Notes: a model not told the origin generated them from the letters alone. Counted from the stretch's first letter, positions 26,922 through 35,412 are shown. The stretch is 64,000 nucleotides of DNA from an uncultured Acidimicrobiales bacterium (GCA_958295925.1 OY282384.1:1572-65571), one strand, 5' to 3'. Made by a program: numbers and translations.

Positions 26922-27163
26922 AAGAAACCATCCTGCACAAGCCCAGGCCACCACTGCGGTGGCCCCTGACCGCCCATTGCGGCTACAACCGAGAACGCTG
27001 GCATACACCTCCAGAACAGCGACATCGCTTTTGGCGGACGGCGCCCACCGGAGAGCCGCCCCACGGCCGGGAGCTGACCTGTCCCGACTGCTACGCGCCG
27101 GCTGGGCCACCGGCCAGGCTTAACCAGACAAGCGGAGCCAGGGAACATGAAGCTATTGCTTAA
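26918..27163 (+). CDS. small hypothetical protein (81 aa)
   Basis: ATGA overlap with the previous gene; MKETILHKPRPPLRWPL..CGYN..CPDC. Confidence 0.45.
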   Translation: MKETILHKPRPPLRWPLTAHCGYNRERWHTPPEQRHRFWRTAPTGEPPHGRELTCPDCYAPAGPPARLNQTSGAREHEAIA

Positions 27164-27234
27164 CCGGACACAGCCGGGACCACAGACGAGACCATAGACC
27201 GACACAGACCGGCCTGGAACTCACCCAGGCCAAA

Positions 27235-27264
27235 TTGACAGCCACCGCCAAAATCTGCTAGACT
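27235..27264 (+). promoter_or_regulatory. sigma70-like promoter P1
   Basis: TTGACA 27235-27240, 18-nt spacer, TAGACT 27259-27264. Confidence 0.5.
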
Positions 27265-27343
27265 GAAAGGGCAAGACTGGACGATGAAGCCGCTCAAGCT
27301 TCGAGTCCAGCGATGCATGCACAGACCGAGGCTGCGTTTTGAG

Positions 27344-27362
27344 GGTCTTACCTCTACGTTTC
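27344..27362 (+). repeat. left arm of a 19-nt perfect inverted repeat
   Basis: GGTCTTACCTCTACGTTTC, reverse complement of 27580-27598; sits in the 27-nt loop of the GCTGCG/CGCAGC hairpin. Confidence 0.9.
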
Positions 27363-27418
27363 GCGCAGCAGCGGTTGCCAAGTAAGGAGTGCGAAACCGA
27401 ACTTGGCGGGGCGGTAGG

Positions 27419-27458
27419 AACCCCGAAGGGCGAAAATAAACCCTTCGGGGTTTTTCTT
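27419..27458 (+). terminator. rho-independent terminator
   Basis: AACCCCGAAGGG / CCCTTCGGGGTT 12-bp stem, 10-nt loop, TTTTT. Confidence 0.8.
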
Positions 27459-27493
27459 ATACCAACCCACACAGATTTGCACCCCGCCAGGGA

Positions 27494-27521
27494 TTGACAT
27501 TCCACGGCATACGGCTAAAAT
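27494..27521 (+). promoter_or_regulatory. sigma70-like promoter P2
   Basis: TTGACA 27494-27499, 16-nt spacer, TAAAAT 27516-27521. Confidence 0.55.
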
Positions 27522-27579
27522 AGAAAGTGCCAGCCGAGGAAACCCTCTTCGCACGAGGGAAACCGCCACAGACGGCTGA

Positions 27580-27598
27580 GAAACGTAGAGGTAAGACC
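27580..27598 (+). repeat. right arm of the 19-nt inverted repeat, covering an SD and abutting ATG 27599
   Basis: GAAACGTAGAGGTAAGACC followed directly by ATG 27599-27601. Confidence 0.9.
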
Positions 27599-27639
27599 AT
27601 GCGACTACGCTGCAAAGCGTCAAACTTAACAATCCCCCA

Positions 27640-28190
27640 CAACCTCCCCGGTGAATCGAGCGCCGCCTCAGGCAGGGCTTCCGACCTTCAAAGGAACACG
27701 CCCAGCGAAAAGGCGGAGGAGTTCCAACTCAACCCAGCAACTGGAGCAGCAACTGGACCAGCGACTGGAGCAGCAACTGGAGCAGCAACTGGAGCAGGGC
27801 GAGCCGAATTGGCGATAATCCGCTCCAGTCGCGCAACTCACCGGGCAAATAGCACACCGCCAGGGAATTCAGCTACGAAAGTCGGCCGCGACGAAGAGCG
27901 GCTGGAGCACTGGAGCGATGGAGCAGCAATTACGAGTCGAATCTTCCCGGGAGTGGAAGAAGAGGAGGAAGAAGAGAATCTCTTCTCTCTATTCACATTA
28001 GCACCTGATCAGATCAGGATCGACCCCGAAACTCCCGCTCCAGTGCTCCAGCGCTCCAGAGACCCTCCGCTCCGCTCCAGGAAACCAGGGAACGTACCGC
28101 CCCGCACCTACCCCCGCAGCAACAACAGAATAGAAAAGCCCCAGCGACCAGGCACGGTCACCGGGGCGAAACCAAGAATAAAGGTGGCAA
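27640..28190. other. origin-of-replication-like iteron region
   Basis: Direct CTGGAGC: 5 x 12-nt units at 27735-27794, then 27902, 27910, 27919. Inverted GCTCCAG at 27822, 28037, 28045, 28053, 28074. Purine tract with hairpin 27970-27986 and palindrome CCTGATCAGATCAGG 28004-28018 lie between them. Immediately upstream of the primase-helicase gene. Confidence 0.55.
27735..27794 (+). repeat. 12-nt tandem repeat x5
   Basis: CAGCAACTGGAG x5 with variants CAGCAACTGGAC and CAGCGACTGGAG. Confidence 0.9.
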
Positions 28191-28191
28191 A

Positions 28192-28470
28192 ATGGTACAG
28201 CATCAGAACTCCCTTGACAACCCCCTGGCCGAGACGCCAGCAGGACAACCAGAGGAAAACCCGACGACCGGGGCGGGAGGCAGGCCCGCCCGCCCGACAG
28301 CCCGCACGGTAGCCGAGGCCCACAGCCGCGCCCGCTGGCTGATCACCGAGAACAAGACACCGGCCTTCGGCTGGATCCACCCCAGAGCGGCCGCGGTCCG
28401 TCCCCCGTCCTGCGAACACGTAACGGTCAGCGCGCAATTCAAGGTCACCGCCAACACCCCGCGCGCGTAG
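28192..28470 (+). CDS. small hypothetical protein upstream of, and in frame with, the primase gene
   Basis: AAGGTGG SD, ATG 28192; 92 aa; ends TAG 28468-28470 in the same frame as the downstream gene. Confidence 0.45.
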   Translation: MVQHQNSLDNPLAETPAGQPEENPTTGAGGRPARPTARTVAEAHSRARWLITENKTPAFGWIHPRAAAVRPPSCEHVTVSAQFKVTANTPRA

Positions 28471-28494
28471 CTCACCCACCAGGAGGCAATCGAC

Positions 28495-30456
28495 CTGGTC
28501 AGAGAGCTGAAGGCCAGAGGCCGTCCGGCAGCCCCCGCCTACTGCCACTCCAGCGTGAACCACACCATCGACCAGGACAATCTGGGCTTCAATTTTTTGG
28601 ACCTGGACAACGGGAGCCGGGACGACCCCGACGGCCTGGGCGCGGAATGCTTCCGCCAGGTCATCAATACCTTCCTGGAACGGTGGCCCGACGCCCCCAT
28701 AGCAGAAAGCCTCTCCGGCAACGGACGCTGCCACATCCTCCACAATGCCGACCCGAAGGACCGAGCCGCCTGGAGCAACGACAAGAAGCAAACCTACATC
28801 GCCCACGGCGCGCCGGAGTGGAAGGTGGAATTCTGGGACCCCTACGGGCAGGGACGATACCGAATCTTCACCGACCGCTGGCTGAACGGCGACGCCGACC
28901 AGGCGCCCCTGCCTACGATCACGCACACCGAATTGAGAGAGTTCTTCCAGACCATCCTCGCCCAGCTCTGGCGCCCCGAGCCGCCAAAGCGGCCGGTAGG
29001 AAGGCCGCCGGCGGCCGACCCCGACATCCCCTACCCCGATGGAACCCACCTGGCTCAGACCGAGCAGGGTGCAGCGCTGCGGGTGGCCCAGCGCCAGCTG
29101 GAACAGGAACGACCCATGGTCATGCTGGACGACGGAACCTGCTACATCGCCCGAGACAGCGGACTGCTGGTCCAAATCCGAACCGACCAGCCCCTGGGCG
29201 CCGGCTCCCGGCTCTTCGCCAGCGAAATCAGGAAAGCCAATCACGCGGCAACTCAGGAATTCACCGAAGACCGCAGCGAAGCCGAACTCCCGACCTATCG
29301 GCATTACCAGGACCAATTCATCACCTGGGCCGACTCCCGCCCAGCCAACTTTCCGGATAAAGTGCTGCGCCACCTCACGATACTAGCCGAGGACGAAGCG
29401 GAGCACCCTCAGCTGATCTGGCACCAACAGAACAGAGCCCCGCTCACTCAAGCCAACCTGAACCCGCAGCCGCCGAAGGATTCACTGTACCCGCTGGCCG
29501 ACGGCCGGATCTACTCCACCGCCCGCAGCGACGTACTCAGCCCGGAGGAGGTCTACCACGACCTCCACACCGACGACGTGGCGCGGCTCACCCGTACCTG
29601 GGTGCCCGGCGCCTTCCAGCCGGACGCGGGCAAGTGCCAGCCCCAGGGGCAAACCTACGCCGCTTGGCTGCTCCAAGCATGGGCCGACAGCTTCAAGCTC
29701 CTGGTCTTCGCCTCCACCCGCCCCCGCAAGGAATGCGGCTTCAGCATCATGATCGGACACCCCGACCGCGGAAAAACCACGATGCTGGACATCTGGCAGA
29801 CGCTGGGGCTCTGCAACAAAACCAACCAACCGCTCCGGGACCAGAGCCGCAGCGGCATCCGACCCTTCGACTACCTGGCCGCCGCCCTCTGCAAGGAGCG
29901 ACTGGTGTTTCTGGACGAACTGGCCACTCCCCTGGAGGAGAATCCCAAGCCGATCCCCAGCGGGCCGCTGAAGGCCCTCACCGGACAGACCACGCTGACG
30001 TACGAGACCAAGTTCAAAGACGAAGTAACCCGCACCCGGCGGGGCAACCTGCTGGGCGTGGGAAACCACCCGCTGCTTTTAGACGCCGCGAACCCGGCCA
30101 TCCGTGAGAGGCTGCTCTTCATCCCGGAACCGAAGGAAGTGGAAGCCCTGAAGCCCCACCACGGCCTGCCGCCGGGACTCCGCAACACCGCCGAGTGCCT
30201 GGACGCGATACTGGACGCCTACCTCCAAGAAGCCAGCCGGCAGAGCAAGAGCAAGAACGACAGCCCGCCCTTCACCGCAGCCAGCTCACGAGAGTCCCGT
30301 AAAATCCGCGCCCAGCACGAAGCCCACTACGCCGCCTGGCAGGAGCAACAGCGCAGGAAACAGGGCCGCAACGGAAAGGCGCCCACCCCAGAGAAAGCAC
30401 CCGGAAAAGAGACCAGAACCAAAACAACCGGTACCAGGAAGCAGGCCAGCCGGTAA
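28495..30456 (+). CDS. replicative primase-helicase (AEP prim-pol N-terminus + SF3/P4-D5-type helicase)
   Basis: FNFLDLDNG (DxD) and SLSGNGRCHILH (SxH); Walker A GHPDRGKTT, Walker B LVFLDE. Start uncertain: AGGAGG 28481-28486 + 8 nt + CTG 28495; track start GTG 28555 has no SD. Confidence 0.8.
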   Translation: MVRELKARGRPAAPAYCHSSVNHTIDQDNLGFNFLDLDNGSRDDPDGLGAECFRQVINTFLERWPDAPIAESLSGNGRCHILHNADPKDRAAWSNDKKQTYIAHGAPEWKVEFWDPYGQGRYRIFTDRWLNGDADQAPLPTITHTELREFFQTILAQLWRPEPPKRPVGRPPAADPDIPYPDGTHLAQTEQGAALRVAQRQLEQERPMVMLDDGTCYIARDSGLLVQIRTDQPLGAGSRLFASEIRKANHAATQEFTEDRSEAELPTYRHYQDQFITWADSRPANFPDKVLRHLTILAEDEAEHPQLIWHQQNRAPLTQANLNPQPPKDSLYPLADGRIYSTARSDVLSPEEVYHDLHTDDVARLTRTWVPGAFQPDAGKCQPQGQTYAAWLLQAWADSFKLLVFASTRPRKECGFSIMIGHPDRGKTTMLDIWQTLGLCNKTNQPLRDQSRSGIRPFDYLAAALCKERLVFLDELATPLEENPKPIPSGPLKALTGQTTLTYETKFKDEVTRTRRGNLLGVGNHPLLLDAANPAIRERLLFIPEPKEVEALKPHHGLPPGLRNTAECLDAILDAYLQEASRQSKSKNDSPPFTAASSRESRKIRAQHEAHYAAWQEQQRRKQGRNGKAPTPEKAPGKETRTKTTGTRKQASR

Positions 30457-30482
30457 CTCCGCCGATAACGGAGCAAGCAGGG

Positions 30483-31005
30483 ATGAGCAACGATCTCAGA
30501 ACCTACCAGGACACGCCCCTGGAAGAGTTGAGCATAGCGATGCAAGGCGCCGGCGCCAGGGGCAGAATGGTGAGCAACGAAGCCCGCTTCTACATCGACT
30601 GGGCCGGCGGCTGCCACGTCACCAGCCCGAGCACCGGCAACGACCCGCCGCTGGCAGTGCGAACCAACTCCGTCTCCGGCAAGACCGGCGCCTACTACTA
30701 CGCCTGCGAAAGGGAAGCACTGGACACGGTCGACGCCCTGCTCAACTGGACGCCAGCCAGAAACTCGGCCAGAACGCCAGCCAGGAACGGCGAACCCAAG
30801 GAGAAGACAAGACAGACCACCCCGAGGCACACCCCGGCCCGCCGGCGGCGGAGTAACCCACGCCGGCATCTGCCCCCAGTGCCAGGGGCCTTCCTACGCC
30901 AGGAACAAGCTCTGCGCGCCTTGCCTGAACCGGAACCGACTGGCCAAGTACACCCAACTGCTAAAAGACCTGGAACAAGAAAGAAGCCGGCCAACCGGCA
31001 GCTAA
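30483..31005 (+). pseudogene. hypothetical gene with a frame discontinuity and a zinc-ribbon C-terminus
   Basis: Frame of ATG 30483 looks coding to about 30840 then becomes RRRRSNPRRH junk. The +1 frame has no canonical (ATG/GTG/TTG) start and reads GGGVTHAGICPQCQGPSYARNKLCAPCLNRNRLAKYTQLLKDLEQERS to TAA 31003-31005. Confidence 0.4.
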
Positions 31006-31057
31006 GCACCATAAGTAAAGAAAAGCCATAAGCGGCACCCACCCGTAAAATAGCCGC

Positions 31058-31930
31058 ATGGCTGGAGCAACAACAAAACAGCGCGCCAAGCGCCTGAACG
31101 ACCTCTCCGGGAAAGAGTGGATGAAATTCAGCAAGTCCTGGTTCACCCTGCCCCCAGGCAAGCCCGACAAGGCCAAGCAGGCCCTCCACCCCGCCACGTT
31201 CCCGGACACCCTGGCCGAACAATATATTACCTTCTTCACCCAGCCCAGCCAGGCCGTCCTGGACCCCTTCCTGGGCAGCGGGACGACAATAGAAGCCGCC
31301 GAGCGCTTGGACAGAAAAGCCGTCGGCATCGAACTAGAACCCAGCTTCGCCGACTTCGCCCGCACCCGAACCGGCAGCCCTATCCTGGTCGGCGACGCCC
31401 TGACGGTACTACAGGACCACGACCGGCTCCCCAACCACTCAATAGACTACATCCTGACCTCGCCGCCTTATTGGAACACCCTGGCCCAGAGCCGCGGCGG
31501 CAACAAGGACACCCGCCACAAGAAAAGAAAAGAACGCGGCGACGCTTTAACCTACGGCGACCACCCCGCCGACCTGGGCAACCTGGATGACGCCGAGGAG
31601 TACATCGCCAAGCTGGTCGACATCCTCGCCCACGCCCACCGCGTGCTAAGACCCAAGGGCTACCTGACCGTGATCATCCAGAACCTGAACTACCAGGGCT
31701 CCTTAGTACCAATCGCCTGGCAGCTGGGGATGGCCCTGGCCAACACCGGCCTCTACGACCTGAAAGGCGAACGCATCTGGTGCAAAGAACAAGGCCGGCT
31801 GGGCATCTACGGCTACCCCACCGCGTATCAGACCAATAATTTCCATCACTACTGCCTGACCTTCCGCCGGAAAGGAGACCAAGACCAGCAACAGCGCCGG
31901 ACAGAAGTCGCGCCCAGCCCCCAAGGCTGA
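31058..31930 (+). CDS. DNA methyltransferase (SPPY type; N4-cytosine or N6-adenine)
   Basis: HPATFPDTL..VLDPFLGSGTT (motif I) precedes ILTSPPYWN (motif IV). Confidence 0.85.
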   Translation: MAGATTKQRAKRLNDLSGKEWMKFSKSWFTLPPGKPDKAKQALHPATFPDTLAEQYITFFTQPSQAVLDPFLGSGTTIEAAERLDRKAVGIELEPSFADFARTRTGSPILVGDALTVLQDHDRLPNHSIDYILTSPPYWNTLAQSRGGNKDTRHKKRKERGDALTYGDHPADLGNLDDAEEYIAKLVDILAHAHRVLRPKGYLTVIIQNLNYQGSLVPIAWQLGMALANTGLYDLKGERIWCKEQGRLGIYGYPTAYQTNNFHHYCLTFRRKGDQDQQQRRTEVAPSPQG

Positions 31931-32101
31931 GCCCCATAAAGCCAACCCCGCACTCCCTCTTTCCAGGTTGCTAAGCCCCCACTACACCACAACCAGAGCC
32001 GGAAAAGACACCGGCCAAAGCAGCCCAAATCAGCGTTCAGCGTATAGAATGGAAAGTGAAGAGCATACAGAACGCCAGCCGCCCTGAAGGAGCACACCGG
32101 A

Positions 32102-32527
32102 ATGGCCACCCAGACCAGAAGGAATCCTCCCTTCTACCACCGGGCCGCACCCCCAGGATTCGAACAGCCGGAGGACAGCATCCAGGAACAAATCGACTGG
32201 ATTATGGAAGTCAAGGACGCCGAAGCCAAGCCGTCCCTGGCGGACCTGCACTGGTTCCGCGGCCAATACGAAGCCCATTGGCCCAGCCACGCCCCCAGGC
32301 CCTACCTGAACTACACCCCCGCCGGTGAGATCCACACCGAATGGGCAACCCCGGATACCTGCTACGTCCTGGAGCTGGACCCCGAAACCCGCCTCGCCAG
32401 CGTGGTCCGCTTGGACCGAAACGAAGACCCGGACAACCGGTCGGAGCCGCCGGCAATCACTCCGGACCTGACCCGCAGCAGCGGCTGGCAGGAACTAGCC
32501 CGCTTCCTGGGAGTCCCCACCAAATGA
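32102..32527 (+). CDS. hypothetical protein, family D
   Basis: YEAHWPSHAPRPYL..EIHTEWAT..YVLEL..GWQELARFLGV. Confidence 0.65.
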   Translation: MATQTRRNPPFYHRAAPPGFEQPEDSIQEQIDWIMEVKDAEAKPSLADLHWFRGQYEAHWPSHAPRPYLNYTPAGEIHTEWATPDTCYVLELDPETRLASVVRLDRNEDPDNRSEPPAITPDLTRSSGWQELARFLGVPTK

Positions 32528-32633
32528 ACCGGACGACGCCGCTATTGCGTCAAATTGAAAGGAACGGCATACCGAAAGGCCGACTGAGCTCCCTGGTCTT
32601 CCTGCCCAAGCCAGTAAGTGAGAGAGAACAACC

Positions 32634-33089
32634 ATGACCAAAGCCCTGGACCGACACCGCCGCCGCGCCAAGCTCTATTGCTGCGACGGCGCAAACGACC
32701 GCGGCGAACTGCCCGCCGCCCTGCAAGCCCTCTGGCAAGCAGACCACGACCCCCACGGCAAACGCCGCCACGATTACATGAAGGACGAGCACTGGCGCCA
32801 TCCCTGCGACCTCTACTGGTATACCGACAATACGCTGCAGGACGAAGAGGGCTACTTTCTCTGCGAGAATTGCATGAAGGCCGCCCACCCCGGCATCGAC
32901 CTGGATTATGAGATTCGGATGGAACAGGTACTGGAAATTCTCCGCATCTTCGGCGGCAAGGCAGTCGACGACCCCCAGTACGGCCCCAGCCGAAGCGAAA
33001 TAGAAGCCTGGGAAGAATGCAAGGCGGAACGCCAAGCACAAGCGGAGAACGCGCCCACCACAACGAACCCACCGGTAACCGACGCCTAG
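32634..33089 (+). CDS. hypothetical Cys/His-containing protein
   Basis: Track ORF 151 aa; YCCDG..HPCD..FLCENC. Confidence 0.55.
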   Translation: MTKALDRHRRRAKLYCCDGANDRGELPAALQALWQADHDPHGKRRHDYMKDEHWRHPCDLYWYTDNTLQDEEGYFLCENCMKAAHPGIDLDYEIRMEQVLEILRIFGGKAVDDPQYGPSRSEIEAWEECKAERQAQAENAPTTTNPPVTDA

Positions 33090-33146
33090 CCGCCGAATAA
33101 CCGAAGCGCGCTACGGGAGGAATCCTTCCCCCAGGAGAGGCAAAGC

Positions 33147-33536
33147 ATGACCGCGCTGCCAACCGCTACTACCAACGAGGATTACCCCGACCTGATCCGC
33201 CGCTGGACCGAAGGCGGCGGCAAAGAAGAACAAGAAAGGCTGAAAGCCTGGGCCCACGACGCCAGCGAATACCTGAAAGCAGAAGCCGAAAAGAACCGGC
33301 AAGAACCGGACCAGCCGGCCCTGGCCATACTCCTCTGTTTCATGGACCAAGAGAACTACCAGGCATCCCGAGCCCTGGCCCTGCCCATCAGCGACCAAAC
33401 CAGCGCCCCGCTGAACTACCCGTCCCGGCCCCGGATTACGAAGAACGCCGTCACAATCTACTACGGCGTGCCACTAGATGCCTACTGCCTACTCCTGGGC
33501 ATCGCCATCGGCGACATCATCGACGACAACGGCTAG
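33147..33536 (+). CDS. hypothetical protein
   Basis: Track ORF 129 aa; ends TAG 33534-33536 with the same frame staying open for 68 more codons. Confidence 0.55.
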   Translation: MTALPTATTNEDYPDLIRRWTEGGGKEEQERLKAWAHDASEYLKAEAEKNRQEPDQPALAILLCFMDQENYQASRALALPISDQTSAPLNYPSRPRITKNAVTIYYGVPLDAYCLLLGIAIGDIIDDNG

Positions 33537-33892
33537 GAGCAGGAAGCAGCCAGCTATCACGCAGTCTGTCCCGCAGAACGACAGGAAGCCGCCCTGCAGG
33601 CGTTCATGAAGCTAACCCGGGATGAACAGGAAGCAGTCCTGGGCACCTTTACCACCACCCTGGACCATCAGCTCCACCGGAAGAACGTCGTCGAATTAAG
33701 ACAGCGCGAAGACGACATCATCACCTACCTCCGGCCCGCGTAGGGGGCACCAGAGCAACCCACCCCACGACCAAAGCCAGCACCCTAGCCGAAACCCGAC
33801 CCCTGGGGTGCCGAACGGCAGCAGAGAATAGCGCACACATCTCTGCAGGGCGTACTCACGCCCAGACTTCACCAGAAGAAGGAGAATCAGCC

Positions 33893-34069
33893 ATGCCGAA
33901 AGAGGAAGAAGAAAGCCGAGCCAGCGAAGAATACTGGAAATGGAAAATGGAACAGGAGAAGACAAAGAAAGCGAACACCGCCACCTGCCAGAAGGGCTGC
34001 CTCATCATCTTCGCAGCAGGCGCAGCACTATTCGTCTTGATATTCCTCATCAGCACTTTCGCCAGCTAA
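33893..34069 (+). CDS. small tail-anchored membrane protein (58 aa)
   Basis: GAAGGAG + 8 nt + ATG; MPKEEEESRASEEYWKWKMEQEKTKKANTATCQKGCLIIFAAGAALFVLIFLISTFAS; coordinates +/-1. Confidence 0.5.
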   Translation: MPKEEEESRASEEYWKWKMEQEKTKKANTATCQKGCLIIFAAGAALFVLIFLISTFAS

Positions 34070-34160
34070 AACGCGCCACCAGCCGAGACGAAGGAGAGAA
34101 GCACAGCCTAACACAGGTACAACCCCCGCGACGACAAGAGACTCCACTCACCGAGCAAAC

Positions 34161-34190
34161 CCCTGCCCAGGCAGGGGTATTTTCATTCAA
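34161..34190 (+). terminator. rho-independent terminator
   Basis: CCCCTGC / GCAGGGG stem then TATTTT. Confidence 0.55.
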
Positions 34191-34206
34191 GGAAGGAAGA
34201 TCACAA

Positions 34207-35283
34207 ATGAGAAAGACCATCGCAACCCTATTCCTGGCAGCATTGACCGCCACCGCCATGTTAGCCTGCAACATGGGAGAAACCCCGGAACCCACCGTCG
34301 ACCCTGCCATCGCTGAGATCAAGTTGGAACGTGACATCGAGGTCGCCAAAGCCAACGCCAACCAGGACGTCGCCTCCGCCCAGAACCGCGCCTTCGTCGC
34401 CGAGGCCGACCTCACAGTCGACCAAGCCGCCATCGAGACCAACCGGGCAGCAGCTGAGCTTAACGCGCAGCAATTGAGCTTAACACGCAGCCAACTGGAC
34501 GACGTACGCAAGGAGATGGCCCGGGTAGAGGCCAGCCGCGCCGACGCGGAGGCGAAAAGAGAGAAGGCCGACGCCGCCCTGAAAGCCGCCCAGGACGAAC
34601 TCAAGGAGTACCGCGCCAACGAAGTCGCAAGGGAAGCAGAACTCAAGACCAACCTCACCGCAGACATCCGAGCCGAACTGGAAGTAGGCATCAATGCCCG
34701 AGAAGAAGCAGCGCAGGACCTGGAAAACACCTTAGCCTTACAGAACGCCGAACTCACGCGGAAGGAAATCAGTTTCTCAGAGCAACTCGAAACCCTCCAG
34801 AAGGAGAAGACAGAGCTCCAGAACGAGTACAACCAGCTGTTGAAGGACCAAGAAGCACTGACTCGCGAGAGAGCCGAGCTCACCACAGAGGTAGAGAGAT
34901 TAGTAGCAGCACAAGTAACGGAAGCCACTGCCGCGGAAAGAGAAAGGCTCCGACTAGCAGAGCAGAGTGCCATCGCCAGAGAAAGCGAAGCGTCAAGAAT
35001 CATCGGAACCAGAGCAGAGCTAAACGAGGCCATCGGCCGGTACAACCTGCACCACGCAGGAGTGCTCGAACAGTGCGGAGCAACCAGAGAAGCCATCATG
35101 AGTCTCTTCAATGAGGCCAACGACGGCCTAGAAGGAGCATTGAACGACCCCGACGACAAGAGCGAAGGCCTGAACGCCATCAAGGGCACCATCAGCAAGA
35201 TGAGACAGCTGACAAGGAACCTCGAGGACCACTGCCTATCAGCATTGCAGCGGGCAGGCACGGAACAACCCTACAGCCCCTAG
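34207..35283 (+). CDS. coiled-coil lipoprotein
   Basis: ATG 34207 inside track ORF 33940..35283; MRKTIATLFLAALTATAMLAC (lipobox MLAC); about 330 aa of A/E/L/Q-rich heptad-like sequence. Confidence 0.7.
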   Translation: MRKTIATLFLAALTATAMLACNMGETPEPTVDPAIAEIKLERDIEVAKANANQDVASAQNRAFVAEADLTVDQAAIETNRAAAELNAQQLSLTRSQLDDVRKEMARVEASRADAEAKREKADAALKAAQDELKEYRANEVAREAELKTNLTADIRAELEVGINAREEAAQDLENTLALQNAELTRKEISFSEQLETLQKEKTELQNEYNQLLKDQEALTRERAELTTEVERLVAAQVTEATAAERERLRLAEQSAIARESEASRIIGTRAELNEAIGRYNLHHAGVLEQCGATREAIMSLFNEANDGLEGALNDPDDKSEGLNAIKGTISKMRQLTRNLEDHCLSALQRAGTEQPYSP

Positions 35284-35412
35284 GCAGCAATCGACCAAGG
35301 AAGAGAATCAACAGATCCGGGACAGCAGAGCCAACAGCCGTCCCGGCCAACTTCCCACCAGGTCGAGGCACGACAGAAACAACCACTCCCTGCTTCGAGA
35401 AGCATTACATTA

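Larger units (their letters stand above)
27271..27458 (+). ncRNA. candidate structured sRNA (about 185 nt), no family recognised
   Basis: Bounded by P1 and a strong terminator. Hairpins CTGGAC..GAAGC-N7-GCTTC..GTCCAG (27276-27310), GCTGCG/CGCAGC (27331-27369) and GCCAAGT/ACTTGGC (27376-27408). No SD-preceded canonical start codon seen inside it. Confidence 0.5.

Noticed and set aside
27276-27312. tRNA-like T-arm (..gcttcgagtccagc..) in the sRNA candidate, and GGATTCGAAC at about 32153
   Set aside because: No acceptor, D or anticodon arms can be built. The stem-loop has loop CGCTCAA rather than a TPsiC loop, and the second site lies inside a CDS. No tRNA is called in this window.
27344-27598. 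The 19-bp inverted repeats flanking promoter P2, considered as an invertible promoter switch
   Set aside because: No recombinase or invertase gene is recognisable in the window, and the right arm coincides exactly with an SD/ATG, which fits RNA pairing better. Inversion is not excluded, and paired reads could test it.
27735-27794. Short tandem repeats considered as a CRISPR array
   Set aside because: The units are 12 nt and contiguous with no spacers, and no cas genes are present.
27527-28312. 261-aa ORF spanning the iteron region, considered as a protein-coding gene
   Set aside because: The product is low-complexity (ATGAATGPATGAATGA, EEEEEEE, Arg/Pro tail) and the DNA is dominated by CTGGAGC/GCTCCAG repeats in both orientations. 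At most a short leader ORF from ATG 27599 is plausible.
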